Below, one piece after another: positions 12,130-24,170 of a DNA stretch of 64,000 bases (within the stretch, counting starts at the first letter, position 1; each line of letters begins with the position of its first letter). The notes under the pieces are model-generated. The model was not told the DNA's origin, did not search any database, and saw only the letters and a list, made by a program, of their open reading frames with translations. Origin of the DNA: Alloascoidea hylecoeti (Eukaryota); assembly GCA_001600815.1 (NCBI GenBank), contig BCKZ01000002.1, forward strand, positions 1,248,294-1,312,293, written 5' to 3'. The translations under genes and the position numbers were made by a program.

Positions 12130-12557
12130 ATGGTACCTGACTGCCGTTCCGAGGACTTCATCGCGACCGCGAGGATTTATCACTCTCTCACCGTTCTATC
12201 CGCGAACATAAGCCTTAAATTCCACTTCAAATACCACATTATTTATATATATTTCTTTCCTGTGCTTCGTTGTTTTCACTTTTCACTGTCGATTCTTTTA
12301 TTTTGCCTTTTTTAAAATTTGTTTTTCGTATTGAATTGATCACCTAAGCCATTACTAACCCTAAGATTTTTTATTTCTTGGAAAAAAAAATAAGTTGATC
12401 AAAATACATTTACGATTGTATATCTTTCTTTTTTAAGATACTCCTATTTTTGACCTTATATTGTCCTCTTCTCGCTTTTCCCACACGTCCCCGCCTCAAA
12501 GGCCACTCTGATTAGTTCCGTTGCAGCCAAACCCTTTCTCAACATCCAAAAACTACC

Positions 12558-13409
12558 ATGGGATCAAAAAATGGCAAGAAAACCAAAAAGTCCAACAAGC
12601 ACAAGAATATAACAACGCCTGCGGAGGATAAGACCAAAATCAAAGTAATTCTATTGGACATAGAAGGAACCGTCTGTCCTATTTCTTTTGTCAGGGAAGA
12701 ACTGTTTCCCTTCTTCCTTGCTGAACTTCCTTCTATCACTAAAAATTTGGATTATCCAATCACTGACTCGTCTGTTAGTCAAGACACAAAGGTTCAACTC
12801 TATTTGGACGTCATCAAAAAATTTCCGTCCGATACTCTCCAATCTTCGGACTCCCTACTCAAACACATAAATGACATGGTTCAAAATGATATTAAGGACC
12901 CTGTATTAAAAAAACTTCAGGGCCTAGTGTGGGAAATTGGGTATGATTCAGGGAAAATCACTGCTCCTCTATATCAAGATTCAATACGAGCTATCGAAAG
13001 ATGGTCTCAAAGGCTAAGAAGCGATCAACCTTCCGACTCCGAAGAAGGCCGTTGGGGAGTCTACATTTACAGCTCTGGTAGCATCCAGGCTCAGAAACTT
13101 TTATTTGGGAATGTACGATCGGATGGTGGGATAGCTAAAATTGATTTAAATAGTCTTCTAAATGACTACTTCGACACTACAAATGCGGGTTCGAAAATAA
13201 CAGCTGCAAGCTACAAAAAGATTAGCAAAAAAATCGGAATTCCAACGGATCGTTTCCTATTTCTGACTGACAACGTCAACGAAGTTCAAGCTGCTACTGA
13301 TGCAGGAATGCACTCAGCGATCGTTCAAAGACCCGGAAATGAGCCTTTATCTCAAGAGATTTTAGATTCTTATAATGTTCTAGATGATGGGTTCGACGAT
13401 TTGCCATAA
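12558..13409 (+). CDS. UTR4: Enolase-phosphatase E1 (HAD family, methionine salvage)
   Basis: LLDIEGTVCPISFVREELFPFF, KDPVLKKLQGLVW, YIYSSGSIQAQKLLF, LFLTDNVNE. Confidence 0.93.
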   Translation: MGSKNGKKTKKSNKHKNITTPAEDKTKIKVILLDIEGTVCPISFVREELFPFFLAELPSITKNLDYPITDSSVSQDTKVQLYLDVIKKFPSDTLQSSDSLLKHINDMVQNDIKDPVLKKLQGLVWEIGYDSGKITAPLYQDSIRAIERWSQRLRSDQPSDSEEGRWGVYIYSSGSIQAQKLLFGNVRSDGGIAKIDLNSLLNDYFDTTNAGSKITAASYKKISKKIGIPTDRFLFLTDNVNEVQAATDAGMHSAIVQRPGNEPLSQEILDSYNVLDDGFDDLP

Positions 13410-13690
13410 TTTAATTAATGATTATGGATTATATAACCCTAGTACTGCAGTTCGTTTGTAGAATATTTATTACAAGGCAATATCATCTTCTTTTCTTCGC
13501 TATAATGGCGATAATTAATAATATATAATACGTAGACGTTATTGTGATATATAAATATTAGACTAATGTTATAAATTTTCTCGCAGATAAAAGATAAATC
13601 AAAATTTTTGTTCTCCAATATATCATACTGGAGCTAACGTTTCGCTTACTCTCTAGTTGCAAAGGATTATGGTCTTCAATTTTTTTTTTT

Positions 13691-15188
13691 TTAGTTATAA
13701 TCGTCATCATCATGTCCATGATCAAACAAATAATTAGCAGCAATCTCCTCATTTTTATCGCAAGCAAAGTATGCTTGAATAACAACGTTTCTATCAAATC
13801 CTAAGGCGCATAATCGTTCAATAGATTCATTTTCTTCTGGAGTCACTCGAACTCGGAATTCCCCTGGAGGTGCTTCACCTTCAGCACCCTCGGTATCACC
13901 AGCACCTTCTTCACCCTCGCCACTATCTAACAATAAACTAAGAAACCTTTCTGGGTTCTGATTAATGAGAGCAGCTAAACTTGGGTGCGCAGCTGTTATC
14001 TGCTGTAAAAGTGTTTCAATCATTTCTGGATGCTCACGGACTAATTGTTGGAGGTTTTCAAGTTCGGCCATTGGTGTATCAGCAGCACCTTCTCCGGCAG
14101 AGGCAGCAGCAGATGCAGCAGCTTCAAATAAGTTTTGATTAGTAGGAGCAGTAGTTGAAACAGGATTTTGCCCTGCTGTTTCTCCTTCAGTTAAGACCGG
14201 AGCAGCCGAACGTGCAACTGGTAAAGGTTCTTGTCGTGCATGCTCAGGTATACCAGTAAGTAAGTATTCTACAGCTCTATCTGGGTTGCTAAAGGCTGCT
14301 CTCATAGCAGCTTCTACATCCTCCCTTGGATAACCCATTTCAACCATATTTTCAATAGCAGCTGTTCTTTGATCGCCAGTAGCTAGGATATAGTCAGGTT
14401 AATATCATTGATTTAATTTGTATATAAAAGAATAAAAAGAGTTGGCATACCAAAAACAGATGATGAGCCTAAGGATGTATTTGTACTGGGTACTGGTGTT
14501 GATGATTCAGCATTAGAGGTTGGAGCAGTTTCTCCAGCAGCTGGTGCAGGTGCTGCCGGCGTGGTAGGGATGGCAGGTGTGACTTTAGCAGCTGGAGTGC
14601 TTGGCTCTTTTGTGACAGCAGGTTTTGACTTAACTTTCTATTGGCGTAAGAAGTTAGAATATTAAAATTCAAATAAAATATAACTGTAGCAAAAAAACAA
14701 TAGATGTTTGAAATAACATACTGAGAGCATAAAAATAATGTGATCATTTTCTTTTATTTGATAAAAACTAACAAGTTTATCGTTTGCAAGAACCTTTCCT
14801 ATATATTGTGACATTGTTAGACACTGTAGATAAATACTATGATATATTATCATTTAAAAGCCACAATTTTTATTTCCATACCTGAATATACCAATTTCAA
14901 TAAACTGGCCTCGGTGTTCTTCTGTTTTGCAAATTTTTCTTTGACGGAGAGAATCTAGATTTTCCCATTAGTTATTATTTCTTGCCACCCAGTCTTGGTA
15001 CAGAACACAAGAAAAAAAAGAAGATAGATAAATATTAAGAAGAACAATAAATAATTGACAATTTGGCAATTAAGGCATATTTTGCATAAGGCATTCATTC
15101 CTAGAAATATAAGATGACTTACAGTTTCTTCAGGTTCAACATCGATGGTGAGTCTCTCCTTTTTAAAATCCTTAAAGTTCACTTTCAT
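13691..15188 (-). CDS. RAD23: UbL-UBA nucleotide excision repair/proteasome shuttle protein; exons 15188-15123, 14954-14882, 14798-14722, 14637-14451, 14382-13691
   Basis: UbL (LVYSGKVL after splicing), UBA1 ([20 protein letters not shown]), XPC-binding region, UBA2 ([19 protein letters not shown]); four GT-AG introns keep the frame. Confidence 0.93.
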
Positions 15189-15674
15189 GATTATAATTGA
15201 TTAGATGAGATATAATAGAACCAGAAAAAAGAAATGAAATCAAGTATTAAATAAGATAAACTGAGTGCCTAACAGAAAGCGAGTTATGAGAGTAGGGCCG
15301 ATCTGGTGAGTTTTGAGTTTGGCAAAAAATGAATATTCGAAGGTTTTCATATGGATCACGGGCGGGTAACTATTCAGTTGGCAAATTGGAGCAACACTAC
15401 AGGGCACCTGAATAACAACTTTGGCGCTAAGCTTTTATGTAATGTGATGATTAAGTCTGCACACATGGCTTATCATATCATATTTATTCCTGTGGCCAAA
15501 GTTTCCCAGTTGAGTGGCAGGATTGTCGATATCCATCAACATTATACATCGATATCGATATACACCTTCAATGAGTTACTTATACTCGAGGCACTACAGA
15601 TCATATTTTTACAGATAAAAGTGTATTCAAGGGGGAGTCCATTGGGGAATGAAAATGTGAAAATCAAGCATCAT

Positions 15675-15695
15675 GATATCGATATCGATATCGAT
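15675..15695. repeat. (GATATC)3.5 palindromic tandem repeat between RAD23 and RAD7
   Basis: gatatcgatatcgatatcgat; a shorter copy lies at 15547-15561. Confidence 0.8.
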
Positions 15696-15793
15696 GTAAT
15701 TATAAAGCTTATGGGGTTAACATCCATCCACCTGGATGATTATTAAGAGTAATATTAATTAGTCGATTATCTGTATACTCGTTTAAGAAAAAA

Positions 15794-17623
15794 ATGTTAG
15801 TTGATAATTTGGTACAATGTTAATATCAATTCTGATGATGATGACACTAATAAATAATATAGGAGAAGAAATAGACAATCTAATGTTAGAGGGCCGTAAG
15901 TACATTTCTTTCACTTATTGCTTTAAATTTATTATTTGCTAACTATCTTGATATATATAGCAACTCGGCACTTACTGAATTTCTCAGAGAAGAAGGGATA
16001 AATGCTGCAGCAATCCAACAAAGAGCTTACAGAAGATTAAGAGAACGAGAAGATGTTACAGCTCAAGAAGAATCAAACGAAGTGGCCGTTGGTACTTCAA
16101 ATGCTGAAAATAATGATGAGAACGAAGATCTAGAGGAAGCTGAAATCAGAGAGGCTTCTGAAAGGAAGAAAAGAGCTGCGATGAGTGATAGTGATGACGA
16201 AGGTGAAAATTATGAGCTCGGAGGACCTAGAGAATCTAAAAAAGTCCCTGGACAATATGATATATGCATCAACTGTAATGCAAGATTTGTAGTCACAGTT
16301 TATTCATTTAAAACTACAAATGATGAGGGTTCTTTGGGATATCTCTGTAGAGACTGTGAAGAAGATGAGAAGATTAGAAGACGTGAGCAAAGACGAAAGG
16401 AAAATACAGCCAGAAAACGAAGAAAGAAGGTTGCTGCTGCTTTACTTGATAAACAAGATTATAGAATTCCAACCTTGTTAGAAATTTGCATTATAAAAAT
16501 CTCAAAACATATCAACGATGTTGAAATGCTTGGGGACATTGGACTCTCCAGTATTAATAAAATTTCAAAAATCTTATCCAGAAATCGTTCTCTTGATGAT
16601 AATACGATGAAACTTTTTCTTGATAGAGAGCAGAAAGAATTGGAATTCTGGGACTGTTCAAATATCCACGAAGATGCTCTTAGGTTGATTCCTGCTTATT
16701 GCCCCGATATTGAAAAACTTACTCTATCTATGTGTGGACATTTGAGTGGTGATATTTTAGAGTATATTGCTAAAAAATGTATACATTTGACACATATTAC
16801 ACTTAAGGGCCCTTTCTTAGTGAAACCTCCAGCATGGGTTAGATTTTTCGAGATAATGAAACTAAGACTTAAAGGTTTTCATATTTCTTATACTCATAGA
16901 TTTGATTCCGAAGCATTGATATCAATGGTAGAAAACTGTCCTAATTTAAGAGAAGTAACCTTAAGTCGTTTAGATGGTTTGACTTCGCCTGAGGCTTATC
17001 AGCTTTTCGCAGCCACTTTAATGAATCTAAAATATCTGGAGATATCATACCCTACCGATCCATCACTCATCGATGATTTACTGATCACAATGCTGTTGCA
17101 ACAAAATGGGCTAGCACTCGAGGTTTTGGTTTTAGATGGCTGCAGTGAACTAACTGATGATATTTTAATCAATGGTATACGACCAAACTGTGAAGCACTC
17201 CAAGTTCTATCACTTGCTTTATTGAATCAAATAACCGATGATGGATTGATAAAATTATTTAAAGGATGGAAATTAAATAAAGGTCTACTGAAAATCAACC
17301 TTGAGCGTTGTATCCTTGTGTCAAATGATGGTGCTATTGAAGTCATAAAGCATTCTTCTCAAACGATTATCGAATTAAATATCAATTCTCTCAATAAACT
17401 TTCAAATCCGTTCTTTGAAGCTCTAGCTACCGCAAAATGTCAATTTCTAACTACTATTAATATGGGATTTGTTAGGGCCGTGACAGATTCTGTAATCGAA
17501 TTATTAAGTGAAAATTGTCTTAAATTAACAATTATGGAGATTTATGGAAATAACCATTGTACAGGAAATGCTACAATAAAACCTGAGTTGAAAGTAATTG
17601 GTGTTCAAAGTGATGTTGTTTAA
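15794..17623 (+). CDS. RAD7: Leucine-rich-repeat global-genome NER protein; exons 15794-15795, 15863-15895, 15961-17623
   Basis: Spliced N-terminus MRRNRQSNVRGPNSALTEFLREEGI matches the Rad7 GPNSALT.FLREEGI motif; CxxC..FVVTVY..CxxC; LRRs. Confidence 0.9.
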
Positions 17624-18072
17624 ACTAATTCTGTATGTAAGATTATATCCTCACAATGCTCACATGTGTACCTTATAATATTTTGAAACTTGATTTGCCT
17701 AAAAAATTGATATAAAAAATTTATGTATAATACCATCGTCAATCCAGTATGTGTTGAATTATTCAGTACAATGGCAACAATTGCGCCCAATGGCCACTCT
17801 TCTAAAATAGATACACGTAGAACGTAGAACAACAAATGAAATTTATTTTTATTTATGTGCGACTACTTTATCAAACACCCAGACAATTCTTTGCAATGCT
17901 GAATGGGGTAATTAGAAAACAAACCTCCCAAGATTTGTCTCCTCCTTCAACAAAAACAATAATCTTCTTCATCTTACATTTTAATTTAATCCACTCTTTT
18001 ATATTTCACAATTAATTTCTATTTTCAGGTTGTGACTCGACGGGAACCTCTGTGGATGTCACGAGCGCATCT

Positions 18073-20493
18073 ATGAAAGTATCAAAAAAACAAAGCAAGC
18101 ATAAGTTGGCAGAATACCTTTTAAAACAGGAAAAGAAAGCCTCATTAAAAGAGAAGATAGAAAACTGGGACGATGATTTCGATTGTCAAGCTATAGATTT
18201 TATGGATTTGAGAGCGTCTAGTAGTGCTTCTTCATCTCCCGATCGCGACCTATCGAGAAAAATGACAGAAACATCAGGAATTAATGGATTTGTAACCCGA
18301 GAGTCATCAAGATCTCCAGCAAAAAAAAAATTTATATCGTTCAACGACTTTAAGGGATCTGATATATCGAAGAATCTCAGCAACGATTTTGCTAATCTCA
18401 CATTGACATCTGGTGATAAGAAACTACCTGATCTAGGTGATCTGGATGATTTGGATGAAGACTGGGGAGACACCATTACAAGCAAGAAAGGTCTTCAAAT
18501 ATTACAAAAAAAGGTTGAAAATGATAAACTAGTGAAATTCAAAGATAGCAATGATGAAATAGAATGTGATTTCTTGATCCCAATTAATCCAGGGAACATG
18601 AACTTAAGACGAAAAGCCAGTAAAAATGTTCTCTTCAGTTCAAAACTCGATAATGCAATATCAACTTTACCCGGTTCCAATTCTATATTTTCTTCTTCTA
18701 GTAGTATGAGCACGAGCAGCTCATCTGTGACATCAGCCTCGACTTTTGAGGGGGGTGAAAGTGAATCCCAAAATGTTTTAGAGGGAATTATTCTACCGGA
18801 TGATTCATTAGATTTCAGATCCATATTATCTAAAAAGATCAAAGAAGCAGAAGAAGAGGCTAAAAAAGAGTATATGGAACTTCAAGCCAAACAGAAAAAC
18901 TTTTCTACCCTCAAGGAAAAGGTTAGAAAGAAGTCGCAAAATGAAAGTTGGAATCAAGAGTTCAAAAATACATTAGTTAATGATGAAGAAGTGGAAGGAG
19001 ATTGGAACTTTTTTGAGGGATTCGAGCTACCGAAGTCACCTGAAACAAAAAGGGGAAACACATATCTTGATGAACTTCTAATATCAAATGCCAGATGTTT
19101 AAACAGAAATATAGTAATTAGAACTCCGACAACTACAATGTCACAAAATGGGTTTTTACAAACTCCGCTTCGTCAGTACGGTCTATCATCAAATTCTGCT
19201 GATATTGTAGCTTCAGGTTCATCTAAATTGAAACCTACTAGGCTTCCAAGGCCTGTGAATTTAGACTCTGTCTCCTCAGACATGTTCTCAAACAAACTTT
19301 CATCCAAAAACAACTCTATACTAGAATCACCAACAAAGTCGGGGCTACGGCAAAACAAGTTAAGAACGAAACAATCAATGCCCTTATTAAGGCAGCAAAG
19401 AACGAAAGATACAAGGCACAACTCGATACCAACGAAACAAAATTTAAGAGCAATATCTTCATCTGGAAATTTAGATAAATACAATAATAGGTCAGATTTT
19501 TTAAGACCAAAGAAAAGTGGTGATTACTCTTCCTCATCCTCTACGGAATCAAGACATATGGATTATGATGCAGATTATGAGAATGAAGATGTAGATATAT
19601 TTGCGACATTAAGAAGACCCAAAGTAATCAGAAAGCCTAGAAATAAACAGCCCATTTTTGGAGATGGGACCGAATTAGATGCAATATCTACTTTGTCAAC
19701 AAATAAGATTTTAGAATCTAGATACTTGGAAAATCTTGATGAAAATGGAACAATAAAGAGTTCAAAGAGGAATATAAGGATGACCCCAAAATTACAACTC
19801 GAATCTTATCAAGAACCTCAAGGTAGAAAGAGGAAATCTCGAAATCACACCCAAAGCCCGGGAAGAGGTAAATCAAGAAAGGGAATAGGTCTCATAAAGC
19901 AATTATCTACACCAGTCACCACATTTATAGATGGGCTTAATGGAACTATGAAATTCAATCCAGATACTTTAAAATGGGAAGGTAATGAATCTGAACTACA
20001 AAAATTTGACTCTATTACAACAAAAAACCCAGGACTGATAGCATTCATGTCACACAAAGGTGTTAAAATAGTAGGTAAAATGGTGTTTGATCCTGAAGTA
20101 TTGTGCTGGATAAATATGGATGAAGCTGAATCTTCTGATCCTTTTGAAGGATTGGATGATCTAGATGTGGATACCAGTGCATCTTTGCATCGAATACCTA
20201 TGAGCTCGTCGAAGATCTCTACTGACCAATTACAAAATCCTAGTGTTAGTTCCAGTCTTCTAAGTTGGGCAAACCCTATAACTACACCTACCAAACGATC
20301 TCACAAGGTAAGCACCGAAGGTGAATTCCAAGTTGGTAATGAGTTTCAATTGAGTAAGGAATATTTGGCAACGCTTAAACATGAGGAATTAAGATGGGAT
20401 CGCAAAGTGAAGAATTGGTTTATACCAGGTGAAAAGTATAATCGACAGTATATTCGTGAGATTCGAGATTTAGTCATAGGGGGAAAGCAGTGA
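18073..20493 (+). CDS. BFA1: Byr4/Bfa1-like two-component GAP subunit (mitotic exit/septation network)
   Basis: ENWDDDF, FGDGTELD, MKFNPDTLKWEGNE, VGKMVFDP...W, F.VG.EF; start uncertain (possible acceptor at 18028). Confidence 0.75.
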   Translation: MKVSKKQSKHKLAEYLLKQEKKASLKEKIENWDDDFDCQAIDFMDLRASSSASSSPDRDLSRKMTETSGINGFVTRESSRSPAKKKFISFNDFKGSDISKNLSNDFANLTLTSGDKKLPDLGDLDDLDEDWGDTITSKKGLQILQKKVENDKLVKFKDSNDEIECDFLIPINPGNMNLRRKASKNVLFSSKLDNAISTLPGSNSIFSSSSSMSTSSSSVTSASTFEGGESESQNVLEGIILPDDSLDFRSILSKKIKEAEEEAKKEYMELQAKQKNFSTLKEKVRKKSQNESWNQEFKNTLVNDEEVEGDWNFFEGFELPKSPETKRGNTYLDELLISNARCLNRNIVIRTPTTTMSQNGFLQTPLRQYGLSSNSADIVASGSSKLKPTRLPRPVNLDSVSSDMFSNKLSSKNNSILESPTKSGLRQNKLRTKQSMPLLRQQRTKDTRHNSIPTKQNLRAISSSGNLDKYNNRSDFLRPKKSGDYSSSSSTESRHMDYDADYENEDVDIFATLRRPKVIRKPRNKQPIFGDGTELDAISTLSTNKILESRYLENLDENGTIKSSKRNIRMTPKLQLESYQEPQGRKRKSRNHTQSPGRGKSRKGIGLIKQLSTPVTTFIDGLNGTMKFNPDTLKWEGNESELQKFDSITTKNPGLIAFMSHKGVKIVGKMVFDPEVLCWINMDEAESSDPFEGLDDLDVDTSASLHRIPMSSSKISTDQLQNPSVSSSLLSWANPITTPTKRSHKVSTEGEFQVGNEFQLSKEYLATLKHEELRWDRKVKNWFIPGEKYNRQYIREIRDLVIGGKQ

Positions 20494-20860
20494 TAAGACT
20501 TGCATTGTTATAATATACAACAGATGAAATAAATATGAAAACAAAAACTATTTTATCTGAATCAGCCTCCTTTAATTTATTTTTATTTTTACATACATTA
20601 TAAATTGTATTAATTATTGTTGTTGTCAGCATTGTTAGCTATGGCTAGCATTATGTCTATTAATTTAATTTCTATACTAGTCCGTTCATAATTTCCATTT
20701 AAAATTTGCTGAATATTCTATATATAAGACTTCAATTCCGCTTAAACTGGTTATAATTATAGGCCTTATTCATAGTTTCTGGTGCTCAAATATACACGTT
20801 GTTCTTAGGTTTACCCTGAAAATATTTCAGCATTTTCTCTACCATTAATATTTCAGAAAC

Positions 20861-21178
20861 ATGTCGAAAGAAAAGAAAAGTCGGAAGCAACCAGTTAGAA
20901 AGAGTAACTCACTACTAAAAGCTAAAGATACAAAAAAGTTTAAGAAGGCAAGCAACAAGCATAAGAATGAAACGCTTTGCACACAGCTCGATAGCACATT
21001 TAATGAAGACGAGTTGTTCAAATCAACCAATCCCTCCAAAATCAAAGATAGTTTGACGTTAAAAATGAGCATTATCGGAGACAGCTCTTTAAATAATAAT
21101 AATAAGCATGCTGATAAAAATAAGATTAATGATGACATTCTTCAACAATTAGAATGCATAGAAAATATTTCTATATGA
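20861..21178 (+). CDS. Small lysine-rich hypothetical protein (105 aa)
   Basis: ATG-initiated ORF with coding-like composition and amphipathic C-terminus DDILQQLECIENISI; family not recognised. Confidence 0.6.
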   Translation: MSKEKKSRKQPVRKSNSLLKAKDTKKFKKASNKHKNETLCTQLDSTFNEDELFKSTNPSKIKDSLTLKMSIIGDSSLNNNNKHADKNKINDDILQQLECIENISI

Positions 21179-21611
21179 AGACGTCTTTATATTAATTATT
21201 ATAAATTAATGATATCATATTTTTTTATTTAAGCAAGAGAAGCTCATTATAGTAAATACAACATAGAACATAGTGAATGTTATTATCTATCATATGTTTT
21301 AACAATATAGCTATGGTCTAAATACAAATAATGTTGAAAGAGTAAATTGAGGTAAAAAATATTTATTCTAAATTCGATAACTAAAAACAGCCACACTCTT
21401 ATAAAATAAAACAATAACTTCAATAATATTTCATAAAATCATTAACAATAAAAAAAAACAATAAATAGCAATAAATAACATTATTATGGCCGATGTCTCT
21501 CGATTTGCGATAACCAAATGCTGCGTTATGATTTATATGCAAGAGGATTTTGCATTTTAACCAGATAAAATTCGGAAATTTCCATTGAAATTGTTATAAT
21601 ATATGATTGAT

Positions 21612-21800
21612 TTAAGCCGATTTATTTTTTTCCAGACTGGCTTTTCTCCAAAGAGCGGGCCATGTTAAAAAGGAAAACATAAAAGTTCCCCAAAACCCCA
21701 CAATTGGTATGATTCTTTTCCCCTCCCTAACAATAGTACTATTATCTCTTGATATACCTTTACTGACTTGAAAGAAGGGTCTCACTAAAGTTGGATTCAT
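21612..21800 (-). CDS. COX26: Cytochrome c oxidase/supercomplex subunit Cox26 (62 aa)
   Basis: IVREGKRIIPIVGFWGTFMFSFLTWP parallels Cox26 VITEGRRLIP....W.......GWP; single TM segment. Confidence 0.75.
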   Translation of the reverse strand: MNPTLVRPFFQVSKGISRDNSTIVREGKRIIPIVGFWGTFMFSFLTWPALWRKASLEKNKSA

Positions 21801-22534
21801 TTTTAAATATAACGTTGTTGTATAAAACTCAATAGATTGTATAATCGATGATTTTTGTTTAATTATTTTGGCAGAGCATCAGTATTTATATTCCAGGTAT
21901 ATAGGTTCATTATCGACCAATAAAAAAAGGCATATATTAAATTCAGAAGTGGTATAAGCCGATAACAACTCAAACCGGAGTGGTCTGACATTTCGATAAT
22001 GATGGGCGTTAAGTGCAGTTGCGAAAATTAATTTTTTGGTGTATTCATGATCATTTGGACGAAATCTAATGGTTCATCCGCATATTATTCCGTGACAAAA
22101 GTTTAAATTGATAAATATAATTTGTTTAGGCGGAAAAGGAATAGATCGGATTAAATTCCGATTATTTGTAAAATTGTCTGATAATTTATAAACTTTGCAA
22201 AACAAACTTAAAGAAACTTTCAACCATGACAAGAATATGAAACCTTCCTTTGCTTTTCTCTTGTTACCAAACCTATAAGTAACTTAATTTTGAAATTAAA
22301 CACAAGCTTTTATCATAACTGTATTGCGTGATTGTTATTTCACCATCCAACTTATTCCGAACAATATATTAGTATAAGTGTATATAGGACTTTTATTATA
22401 GGTCTATAATAATATGTCATTGCTAGAAAATGTTGCATATGCTATTTATAAATATTAATATTCCCTAATGAAGTTTCTGATTTGTTTTCAAATTTCGAAA
22501 TGGTGTGACCTTTCTCAACCATTTTAGAACGTTA

Positions 22535-22772
22535 ACTATTATTTATTCAGTTAGTTATAGATAACGTTAACCCCCATTCGCCATTATCGAGACAATTTTT
22601 AGGATATACCCCTCCTAAAGTTGCAGTTATTATTGAAACCTTGCATTTGTAACTACCCTTCATAATTTCATATTATTAGAAGATATGAATATTATTCAAT
22701 TGTAAAATTAAAAAATTGTCTCGATCGCGATAATGGCCAGTAGCGATTACAACTAACTAAATAGATAATAGT
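22535..22772. repeat. Degenerate inverted repeat (arms about 22535-22600 and 22711-22772), MITE-like relic
   Basis: actattatttattcagttagtt / aactaactaaatagataatagt and gccattatcgagacaattttt / aaaaattgtctcgat(cgcgat)aatggc. Confidence 0.7.
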
Positions 22773-24170
22773 CTACATTCTGTTAACACACGTATATTAA
22801 TCCTATTGGTCCTGGTGGTCCATATAATAATGAGAAAGAATTAGTTATATTGTTAAATAGAATAGCTAATCATAAGCCAGCTTGCCATTCTTCAGTTCTC
22901 GAGCTCCTCTAAGACTTATATATATATATATATTCAGCTCCTTAGACTTAAAATAGAAAACCTAAATCATACAAAATGCAGTCTCTATATATGTTATTCG
23001 AAAGAAGTAAAAGACCAGCTAGCCGCTCCATTCTTCAGTCTGGTAACTTTAAGTATAAGTTTTCTATATCTGCCAGCTACATGTACAGCCAAGTAAATTA
23101 CGTTTACAAATTCAATTTTGCAATTCCATATATAGGAAGGGCCATTACAATAGGATATATCACATAATTCAGATATCAATAAGTAAGGTAATTATTTTTA
23201 TAAATATTAAGAAATGATATACCAGGGCACATCATACATAGTTATTGTGAGCTCCTGGCTCCTATTTTATAATTAATTATGATCCTGAGTACTGCACAGA
23301 TATGTACGCGTATAATACAGGTACCTACACATTAAATATCTGGGGTACATATGCCCAATATACATCTCTTTATTAACCATTTAGATGCTACTCAAAGCTT
23401 AACCTCGGACATATATCTACTGTAACATGTACTAGCATAACTCCCCACTGTAATTATATAATTGAGAAGTTATAATTAATAAACTGAAAGCGATAGCTAT
23501 AATTAATCATAAATTCGAGGCTAATTAGAGGTATGCACCTTTAAATATATAATTAATTATAAGATCATAATATACTGGTAATTAGTATTGCTAATATTAA
23601 TATTTGTTATTTACCTCATTCACAATAGATCTCTAGTGTGTGTGTAGGTGTAACTTAATATATGTTACATATATTGTTATGATTGGAAGAGACTTTACTA
23701 GCTACAATTGTTTTGAGATAAAAAGCGATGTTCTCTAAATCACGACTTAAATATCAATATTGATATACGTGTGGCATCAAAGAGGTTCTCAGTACATATA
23801 AGAGCTTATAATGACGAGCGGAGTATTAATGTTAACGGTTTACATTCATGGGTTACAAGTTCCAAAAACATCAATACATGTATTAATCGAAAACAATTAA
23901 CTCTTTAAAAGTGTTCAATTATCACGTTAGCCAAAATCAAATCCACATTATAAATGCAAAGCTTCAAATCCATTAAAATGATTTTATTACTGATTGGTCA
24001 TTAGCACTAAAAACTGTTAAAAATATGAATGATAAACTTTGAAATTTTGATTCATTCTTTAATACAAAGTAATTACCACATATTAATGAAATATAAGGTA
24101 ATAAGATTTCCATGTATTGTATATGCTCTTTTATCTGTTCGTCTATTTTCGATCACAATATACAAAACTA

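Noticed and set aside
15351..15746. 131-aa ORF between RAD23 and RAD7
   Set aside because: Occupies the shared promoter, reads through the GATATC repeat, no recognisable domain.
18186..20294. Antisense ORFs within BFA1 and similar overlaps in other genes
   Set aside because: Expected shadows of real coding sequence.
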